From positions 24,261 to 88,260 of the forward strand of contig JAAPAO010000079.1 in the NCBI GenBank assembly GCA_013115145.1: a stretch of 64,000 nucleotides of DNA, read 5' to 3'. Within the stretch, counting starts at the first letter, position 1, and every line of letters starts with the position of its first letter. Made by a program: the position numbers and the translations under genes. The DNA comes from Perkinsus chesapeaki ATCC PRA-425 (lineage: Eukaryota > Protista > Perkinsozoa). Below the pieces are notes generated by a model. That model had not been told where the DNA came from. It did not search any database and was given only the letters and a program-made list of their open reading frames with translations. Below, one piece after another: positions 39,701 to 53,467 of this stretch.

Positions 39701-42700
39701 CGCCTCCTTGTAGTATCTCCTCACTCAGTTTGCCGATTACGTATTCGTGGTACCAGGATGCAGCCGTTGGGCCCGGGGCAGCCCGTTGCCTCTGTAGGCA
39801 ATAATACTCGTAGCTTGTGCGCGGTTCAAAACGTGTGCCAGTAGACCGCCGATTGTGAACCGTCCGAACAAAACTCCGAACAAACGCAGCTTTGTAAAGA
39901 ACATGGACAATGTCCAATCGGACAATGTGTCTGATAACCGCACTGGCGACTTCTCACTGAAGAATCTTCAGCTGCCGAAATGTTCAGCGCGCTGCTGCTC
40001 CTGCGCTCAACCTCGCGGAGCATCGCCAACTGCGATGTACGCCGCCGATGATGGCTAGTTGCTAGACTCGTAGGCTCGGGATCGATGCCTCCATTTTCTG
40101 CTGAAGACGGCCGTCTTCTAGGCCCATGCAAACATTCTCGAACACACTAGAGTCCAGTAACATCTTTAGCAGATTTGGCCTTCTTAATGGAGAGCAACGA
40201 GAATTTCACCAATAGAGTAATAGAGAGAATAAACCTCTCAAAACGCTTCACTGTCCAAGTTCAGTCTCTCCGGTGGTTCCAAATACCACCGGACGGCGCA
40301 ACCAACGCGGCATAGCATACTCAATGTTACTAGAGTCTTTAATGAACTGCCAGGACGGAAGAGCCTCGGTCGCCTTCACGATGCCTCCAGGGTATCTTTT
40401 TCGCTGAGGTAAGCCATCGTTGGAGGAACAATTTATCGGCTGCATCAGTATTGCCCAATAGATATTCATCTAACGTATACGTTGATTAGATTTCACATCA
40501 AGCTCTAGGATGATAACTTTGGGTAACCCAGCATTTCTGAGTCAGCAGACCAACAAAGTATCGGCAGGGAAGTAACGGCTTAAAGTGAGATGCCAGGGTC
40601 TTTTCGGTTTCACATGAAAATTTTGACGAGATCCTAGCCTGTTAGGGGAAAATGCCTTCGAGAGGGTCTTGGAGGCTGAAACGATACGATACCTCGATAT
40701 ATGATATGTTGGGTAATCGAGGGAGCTGAACACAATCGTGGCCTCCGATTGCACTAAAACGGCTTGTAACAACTCATATCCAAAGCGCCCCACGAACAGG
40801 CTCAATTTTAGACTTATTTTGTTCCAAAAAAGTGATAATTATTGCCTTACATAATTGACATCCGATTCCGGGTCTTCCAGGCATTGCTCATAAACCTCGT
40901 TAATAATATCCTGCTGCCCTCTACCCTTCAACAATGCAATAGCAGCCTTAAAGGCTACGAAATCAGCCACCTTCGCCATATCAATGCCTGATAAGCGATC
41001 CCATCATCTCCTTCACACTACGCTACCGTAGGGATCTGGATAGCATATCAAAGGTGCCGATGAGACTATAATAATCGAAGAAGGCTTAAGCCTTTCAAGC
41101 GTTCCAATGATAGCGTTCTTTAACGTATTTCCACGAACCTAACCAACCAAGTTCGAATCCCACACCCACCATTTTTCCTTACAATTGAATCATCCAGCGC
41201 TACCAAAACTTCCCCTTCTTTAACCGTTCCATAATGAACATCGTAGGCATGCAGCGTCTTCGCCTCGCGACTGGAATCTTCTTGAATAAAAGTTCCTAAG
41301 GTCCCAAGTTCGATCCCCACATCCTGCATTTTTACTCAGTTTTGCATCTTTATGAACAACCTTCTCCTCCCTCACCTCTTGGTCCAACACCTGAGCCCAA
41401 ACCATCAGTAAAGCCACTCTTCAAACACGCCTTTCAAAGCGTGTTATAAGTATATTATATATAAGTTTTATTATAACTAATAAAAAACTTTCCGACTGCT
41501 TTTTCTGGCTAATTCATCCCTAACAATTACAACCCTAAATTTCCCGAATCTCAAAGGTTGGTGGATACCTCATCGCACAGCACGCGAAAAATCCTTCCTC
41601 CGAAACTGCGTACAATACCGCTGCGTTGATTCCATCCAATCCAACCACGAATGACACGCACCTCCAGATTTCTCCCAGTTTCCATAGCATGCCTCTGCTC
41701 TTTATATAAATCCTCACGTAGCTGTTTAACCATACCGTAGAACGCCAACTCAGACGTATTGGGTATAAATGAGAAAACAGTGTTCTTGAAGGAACCGCCG
41801 ACGTCTCTGAGGGTAATAAAACAACGTGCAGGTCCACGTGAAGGCAATAAGTGATAATGATTAATTAATGGTCCATTGTTAATAATTACTCCCTTTCACT
41901 ACCTACACCCATTTCATGATTTTTTTCTCTGTGCGTGCTTGGTTTTGGTTCTCCCCGACTGGTCAAAGGCGAATTCTCTTTGCTTTCACAAAAGCAGGCA
42001 AAGAGAGTTCTCGTGACAAAACCAACCAGTAATAAATGCGTTGCGTTAGTGACAGTCTGTCCTTATTATTCATCTGACAGTATATTTCCTCTCATCAAAG
42101 TATATCCCCTCAACTGTACCAACCCTCCCTACCTAACCCTCTCCATTGTCCGACCAGCCAGCAGCCTCCCAAGTCTCTCCCTTTCACGGTAAACCTGCCC
42201 GACCATTCCGTGAACTCGCGAAAAGTGAACTACATCGGCGTCATTCCCTCTGGAAAAATATATCCTTTCAAACGAGCATTGGCTCAGTTTTGGCGCGGCC
42301 GGCAATACACCTGAAGCGTTACAGCTCAGTTGGTACAGCGCCCGCCTAGCATGCGAAAGGTCCCGAGTTCTATTCCCAGCTCCCTTACGTTCCAATGAGA
42401 CCTTTCCAGACGCCCTCACTATTAAAGCCGCTCCTGCTGGCAAAGACTCAACCTTTTCCACATTAAAAACACTCCTAATCAACGGTGCCTCCGAAGCGAC
42501 CACGACAACCTAGCAAAGAGGAGGGAGTGCTGGGCAGTCTAAAAGCCGGTGTGTTTGACATTGGGATCAATTCCCGACCCGATACGAAATATAGAACTAA
42601 TCAAAGTACCCGAATTGCAGTGCTTGTGGTGCTAATTGTTGAGGGAGGAAATGATGATCCAACTTCGCTTAGCGAAGATGACGTATAACATTCCAACATA

Positions 42701-45414
42701 TCACTTTGCAATGGATAGGTTTCAATGTAATACATAATATAGTAGTAAAGACGATATGGATTCCATATCTTTACACTAGGAATCGCTTTTTTATGAATTT
42801 TCCCACATTTCCGACAATGAGTAATATCTTCCTACGTGCCAGATGAGTCCATAACAATCGATCGCCTGATCGATTATCCTCCAGTGTGCTCCCCGTCGCT
42901 CAATGAGCGTTCCTACGTACCCAATACAATACAGATGTAATACACAACAGGTTCGTAGGGGGGAGGAGCCAAAAGTGGTGGTCCCATTGGAACGCTAAAC
43001 GATCCTCATAAACAAGTATCCCACCTCATCATCGTGATAGTAATACGCCGGTCTGATGCCGTTCGGATCGCGAACCACAAAAGCATCTCCATGACCCAGC
43101 AGACCAGCCAGAGCGTATCTATAACTGGTTAAACCAGCCACAACCAACACCGTCACGCGCCCATTAATTACCCTCCGTCAATCTGGTCCAAGGCTCTTCT
43201 TAAAACTTTTATGAGATTAATATTTCCTGCAACCCGCTTCATGCATTCTCGTGGGGCGTGACCGGCAGCGTTATATCTGTAATAGTGATAAAAAACAACA
43301 TGAAAAATTTCCGGAAAATTTAAAACTTTTACAGAAAAAAAATCCAGTAATTACCAATAACTCACTTGGCGGACATCCAAGCAAGAAATTTACGGTCAAT
43401 TTCAGAACTTCAAAGAGGCTTTATATTTTATAGGAAATAAAAATTATTGATAAGACAAAAATTCTATTAAACAAAAATTTTCATTTAGTAAGATCGACCC
43501 CTTCTAGGCACTCGAGAAAGCGAAACCTCCAAAGATTTCACACTGAGAAGGAACGTTGTGAGTTTGCACTTCACTAACACTGCTCAGAATTTTCCCGACG
43601 GAAAAATTTCTCATTCCAAATATTTTGGCACGCAACATGTCACATTTCACGATGAAAATTTTCCTTGCCAAAAAAAATTTTTCCCGTGCCATTTTTCGCT
43701 GTAGAACTCACTTGACAATCAAATCATTATTTTCCTTATCCAAGTAGTGCCCGATCTTCTCCAGCAACGTCACAGTATCAGACAACTCCACAGGATGCTG
43801 GCCCAGCTCAACCTGAAATCCAATTACCGCGCGCCACAAAATTAGCCCTGCTGCTACCAGAGACCGGAAAAGATCCTCATTGTTCGTGATGTTGAAATTT
43901 CCGGCAACCAGCAAACTTCTCGACATCCAATTGGAAGCCCTCATCACAGGATGACATTCACGATAGCTATTCATGGAGTCCGTACCTGACCGCGCGCCAC
44001 GAAATTATTTTATTTATTTTCCCTTCTCACCGTAGCGAACATGACCTAGGAAGCATTCTCCTGTATAGGGGACCTGAAAAGACGATGAAAACTTGACAAT
44101 TTTTCGAAATTTTCGCAATTCAACTAACGCATAATGGTAACGAATACCAAAAGGCAAAATGTCTGACCGGCAGAGTTGAATAATCTTAATTTGTTAGCCT
44201 AATCAGATTCTCGTCACGAGAATTTCTACGAACTTCAAGATAGTCTGCTGGATTTAGGAACCAGTAATTATTTGGCAAATTATTTGGCAAATTATCTCGG
44301 AAATATGGCGCAACTTTTCTTGCAATTCTGACCAATTGCGAACTACGCAGACATGCAAGCATTCACTGGGATCACTTAATGCTTCACAGAGGAGCTCACC
44401 CGCAGCTTAAGGTATCTTATTACATACAAAATATGGGATATGCGCACGACATGGCGAGCCAAAATTATTATACTTTTCCTAAGTGACATTATCCCTATTA
44501 ATACGTCCTTTTTCAAATAAAATACTTCAAAATCAACACTCTCGGATTCCATAATTCCCCCCATCCCCCCTCACCTTTGCCTTAAGCACTTCCGAATCAA
44601 TCTGCGACGGTTTCATCCCCGCTAGGCCAGCTGAGGCCATGGCTTGTTCGGCTTGCTCCGTTACTCTTTTGAATAGCTCTCTGATGGAGTCGTGCGTCAC
44701 AGCCACTCTGTCACGGTGTATATATCTGCCCAATCAAAAAAATTTCTGGCCAGAAAATAAATTTTCGTCAAGCAAAAAACTCACAGATGGAAAATAATTG
44801 TTCGCATCCGGAAATTTTCCAGAATTAAAAATATTTTCCGAGTTGACCAAAAAACGTGAAATTATTTACCATCTCTTTTCGCTTTAAAACTTGTTTTCTC
44901 TCGATATGAATTTCGGCGAAATTTCTGCAGAATTTTAGAGTCACCCTACGAGAATGTTCATTAAATTTTTACAATTGAAATTTTTGAAAAATTATTAATA
45001 TTTATTAAGATATTTTCGAGCTCACCTTTGCCCCTGCTGTGGATTCATTTTAACATTGGCCAGACCAGCGCCGTCCTGAACAAAGACGCCAAGTCGAGGA
45101 TAATCACTATCGGTGAACTGGACCGTTAAGACAAGTAATGTGAATTCAAATGAGGCATATACTGGATGCAAATCGATCACGTGATCGATTTCTCACCTGC
45201 CCTCTATTCCTCTGTTTCTCCAACAGCAAATACATCTTTTGCAGTCCATAAAAACAAGTATCGTATTTTTCAATGAAATGATCTGTCGGCTTCAACAGGC
45301 GCAAGAATGCAAAACCGCATTCGTGACCGATATCACCTGAGAGACGTAAAAATCAAAGAATTAACACTCTCGAAAAAATTACTAAAGAAAATATTTCCCA
45401 CCAACTTGTGGCAT
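30425..45414 (-). CDS. Predicted PurF-PurD-PurM fusion (amidophosphoribosyltransferase + GAR synthetase + AIR synthetase); no PurN domain seen
   Basis: All three domains are on one strand and in order. PurF's last exon reads ...[13 protein letters not shown] followed by a GT donor (intron 38419-38720, phase 0). The PurD exon [13 protein letters not shown] starts directly after an AG and has no Met of its own. Confidence 0.72.
33850..38418 (-). CDS. purD: Phosphoribosylamine-glycine ligase (GAR synthetase) domain
   Basis: [86 protein letters not shown]. Confidence 0.93.
38721..45414 (-). CDS. purF: Amidophosphoribosyltransferase domain (long, Bacteroidetes-type)
   Basis: MPQVG|[16 protein letters not shown] (N-terminal nucleophile Cys after a propeptide), RNRGQ|[58 protein letters not shown]|VRG, VSSAP..YPDPYGID, GDW|[11 protein letters not shown]. 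Confidence 0.92.
39600..40800 (-). mobile_element. Degenerate coding-like insert (possible retroelement relic) in a long purF intron
   Basis: A 1.5 kb intron (39291-40847) in a gene whose neighbouring introns are mostly 40-300 nt. The content is GC-richer, with broken ORFs and a His/Cys-rich stretch reminiscent of an integrase zinc-binding region. Confidence 0.35.
42316..42385 (+). pseudogene. Pseudo-tRNA-Ala(AGC), antisense to purF and filling a whole intron
   Basis: AGCTCAGTTGGTACAGCG D arm/A-box, CGC-CTAGCAT-GCG anticodon arm, AAGGTCCCGAGTTCTATTCCC degenerate T arm; acceptor stem broken. Confidence 0.85.
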
Positions 45415-45959
45415 GAGCCCAATCAACTACATATTACTGTCCCCCCACAGAGCGACGAAATTTGGCGGATTTCACATATATGCGGAAGTTCGGCGAAACG
45501 CTCCATCCTCTATCCACTTCTGTCCCCGTTAGCCACTCTGCTGAACTGTCCCGACATGATGACTCTTCAATTTATATTATAGTATTTTGGAATCTTACGG
45601 TTTTATCACAAAACTCCGATCCGCCAAATGAATATCTTTCTTGCATAAAATTTAGATTTCAATTTTTACATATTTTCAAGATACGAAAAAATATTCAACA
45701 GCCAAACGAACAGGCAACCATCCGGCGGCGGCCCCACCGAAATGGGTTCCTAACGCCGAGGAGAAGATACGAAGGAAGTTCAGTTTTTATTTTAAGTTTA
45801 GGAAAAAAAACCCGAATGAAATATGTTCATAAACTGCCGAAAGGTAACATTGTATCCATACATTCTGAGTAGTCTAAAATTTAACGCTATTACAAAAACT
45901 TACAATGAACCAGAAACATCACAAATAGAGCTATCAAGGCGCGCGCTCAGTGATGGTTT

Positions 45960-46380
45960 TCAATTGGGCTCATCCATAAGCACTAGCCACCATTTAAACA
46001 CTTCACTTCCATCAAAAAGCTATGATAGCAGGGAAGCCTGTCGGAACACCCAATGACTTCAAGGCTTTCAACGCCCGCTACAGAGATCCTCCGTTTTCCC
46101 AATTTCCCCGAATAAGCCGCATTCACTTACCGCCCAGCTTAGCCGTGTTGTTGTCATCAAAATGTAGCATAGGGGAACGGAAAAGGACGGAAAAACTGAA
46201 ATTAAGGGTATTATCAAATTTCTTCCCGGACTTCGAATCCCTCACACTCTCACACGCAGCACTAACCTGAATTATACTCGCAGCATAGCCATCTACATTT
46301 TTCCTATCCTTAATGATTGCGCCAAATTTCTCTCCAGTGCGAGGATCAAAGTGCAGAATGGCGCCAGCTATCTCCGGCAT
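45960..46380 (-). CDS. Small hypothetical protein (exon structure uncertain)
   Basis: ORF 46123-46380 plus a plausible terminal exon RALKALKSLGVPTGFPAIIAFDGSEVFKWWLVLMDEPN*. Confidence 0.3.
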
Positions 46381-46615
46381 TCATAGCTTTGAAATGCACC
46401 ACCGAAAACTCATGTTCTGGTTCCAAGTGCATTGAACTATTTAACTCGATATTAAATTGACGTTCGAAGGACCTCCCAATTCGGTTAAATAGCCCACCAC
46501 ATCCAACAAAGACATAAGTGCAGATGAGCCACTGATACCAGACAAGAAATTCATATACTATATAAAGCAGGTAATAGTATCGGTCATATAGTAATGGAAC
46601 GAAAAGAACGCATTA

Positions 46616-46697
46616 GACAGCGTGTCCGAGTGGTTAAGGAGGTGGACTAGAAATCCACTGGGCTCTGCCCGCGCAGGTTCGAATCCTGCCGCTGTCG
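46616..46697 (+). tRNA. tRNA-Ser(AGA), identical to the copy at 10442-10523
   Basis: Same 82-nt cloverleaf sequence. Confidence 0.95.
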
Positions 46698-46941
46698 TTT
46701 GCACATCTCCACTCCACTTCCAGGGAACTACTTCTTCGCATTTTAATTTAACCAGTCATCGACAATCCCTTAGATTCCATAACTTCAATGAAGGTAATTA
46801 TTTTTGAATCCAGAAAATGAACTAGAAAAACGCCTCCACCAGGATTCGAACTTCCGCCCCTCCCCCCAGGCCATATTAACGCACTTAACTCTGATCCGTT
46901 CAATACAATAGAAACGTGAATCGAATAAGTTGTAATATCAT

Positions 46942-50974
<4,033 letters not shown>

Positions 50975-51179
50975 TCAAGAGAGAAGGCAACTTAATACTA
51001 TCAAATATAAAAGAAGTCCGAAACGTTTGGCCTGGCGCATTTCGAGCAGTTGCTCAGTGAGCCTTAGTTCTAGCAAAAGTAACAAAAATCGTCTTAATTT
51101 ATCTTCCTGAAGGAAAACAGATATAACTAAAGTATAGTCTTATCCCGTCTTCCTGAGATTGAGTAACTTTTTAAATATT

Positions 51180-52334
51180 TTACTGACATGAAAAAGCTTC
51201 TTTGTGGTGATTCACTTTCATAATAAATTGTCCCCCACCAATCGAATCACCATTATTATTATAGAGATGATATATTCCTGACCTAGCTGAGTCTCGCCAG
51301 CCTGTCGGAATAAAAAAATTATTTATGCTTTCATCAGAGGGATTGAGATTCGCTATTTTTAAAATGGCTTCAATAAACGCTAAGAAGCCTCCATCCAAAC
51401 TAGGGTGGTCATTCCACCAACGGCCGGCTTGTCGCGAAGTCGGTGACAAGTTCGTTGAAAATTTTTAAACGTCCGGCGGAGCGAAGCGATTATTGTTTAC
51501 CATTTTCGTAGGTCCCAGGTACGATTCCCGGTGACGCTGTTTTTTACCTTTTTCTATCGTTTTATATTCCTTCTTTATCTGTATGTCGCATGATAAGGAT
51601 GTTGAAGTTGCTCGACATGAGCTCAATAAATTATTGATAGAAAGCGGCGAAAGGGACAAGCTAAAACAGTAATAATAACGGCTACAACTGTTCTGCAAAT
51701 TTGGTAAATAAATTACTTTCCCAAAAAATAACACTGAACGTTAGTTAGAAGATTGCGGGAAGGTTTTAGTGAGTAATCTGGCATGGGCAATAGTTCAACC
51801 AGGAATTGTACAAATATTAAACCGAATACATAACAAATTGGTTTGCTATATTAGATAATCTTCACATAATTGTTATCGATCGTCACGCTTTACTGGCTGC
51901 TGAATATGCCTCATAAAGCTGAGGTCCTTCCTCGCTCCCGGTGGCGGGCGGACGACTCCCTCCCTGCTGCAGAGTTGGCAATAGAGGTCGAATACAACAG
52001 GTTCCTATATCAGGCTGCTGACAAAGCCATACATATATATAATTTTGATTGGATGTTCCCACGACCAATAATCTATTATATATTCAATCTCTCTGCTAGC
52101 TTAGTAAGGCTACTATTCCAGCAGGTATTCTATAACAGAGAATTCTTGATAAAACCTGACTTATCGGTGCTTGCTCGTTCAAGTCACTAATGTATACCAA
52201 AAAATTATTAGTTCGCCTGCCAACTACATAAGGAATTTTTATCGGCGTCTCTATTTCGTGATTATTGATCCGCAGCCGGAGCATATTGTTTCTATCGGTA
52301 AAAGTGTTAACACTACCCCTCGGACGGTCTTTGA
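51180..52334 (-). CDS. Hypothetical multi-exon protein
   Basis: Chain of minus-strand ORF pieces (52096-52284, 51883-52068, 51465-51734, 51180-51449) separated by GT-AG gaps; no family recognised. Confidence 0.35.
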
Positions 52335-52782
52335 AAACATTAGTAATGCCTCATGAAAAACAGGACGTATTTTGGTTCGAGAAAAGCACAAAAATGAACT
52401 GAAAAGTACCCAAGGCTCGAATGATGAAAATCAATTCCGTTTCGGGATGAAGTCTATTGAGAAAAGAAGCTCTTTACGGGGCTCACCGGTTCACCTAAAC
52501 TGGGTCGATTGGTTGATCGATAAAGGTTCGAAGATGACGTATGGAAGGAAAGTTTGTCGTTTTCTAGACTCGAGTTAGAATGGCGAGGGTAAAGCAACAT
52601 ATTTTACAGTTTGGCGGAAAATATTAAAGAGGAAATGAAGTGGATGGGAAGTTTTTATCAATTTGTGGGGAAAAAATGAAATTTTCGCGAAAAAATGGGG
52701 ATAAATTAACAACTGTATCAACATGGTGATATATCTCATACCGTATTTTCCTCGATCTCATTCGAAATAACATTCCTGACAG

Positions 52783-53375
52783 ATACGTTATGGACCAATT
52801 AATGCGCTCTGGATGGCGAGATGAGTTAAAAGAATATTGTGTTGGTATAGCGAATATCGATCACGTGATCGATTATGATATTTATCAGATTATATCAAGT
52901 CTCGTGGAGTTGAGACGGTGTCAGTGGAGGATATTGTAGCTCATATTGCGCCAAGAGGGAGACAGCTTGTGCCGGGACATGTCAAAAACGAAGTGAGAAA
53001 ATTATGAATATTCGGTTCGGAATGAGCATTATCATCACTTTAATATATCTATTTTACTCTACAATGCTATGTTTATTTTTATATCTGACAGCAACGTGAC
53101 GGGCTCATTCGTAACTGTTAAATGAAGTCCTTGGGGCTGTATTGAATTTATTGTCCGCACCGTGAAGAACGCTCGCTCGGTCGATTTTTTATTTGATAAT
53201 TATTATTCGGCAGTCCAGAGAACGGCTGACGACTTTCGTATTTTGATATTTGCTCGAAGTGTGCAGCGGGCCGAGGTCAAATGAATGTATTCCTCGCGTA
53301 GCCGGAACTGTGGTATCTTAGGTTCTTGAGAGGATCAAGGACTTCGCCGCAAAACAAAAGAAGGATAAAGTATGA
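52783..53375 (+). CDS. ENY2: ENY2/Sus1 (SAGA DUB module / TREX-2 subunit); first exon not located
   Basis: LMRSGWRDELKEYC..YIKSRGVETVSVEDIVAHIAPRGRQLVPGHVKNE|VLERIKDF matches the ENY2 pattern. Confidence 0.85.
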
Positions 53376-53467
53376 TCATGGCTTGTCGGAAGAAATGCTT
53401 TTGAGTTTGAGTGCTATAATGAGGGGTTTGACTTATTAGTCATTCCAGTTGGCTCAACTTTGTCGAT

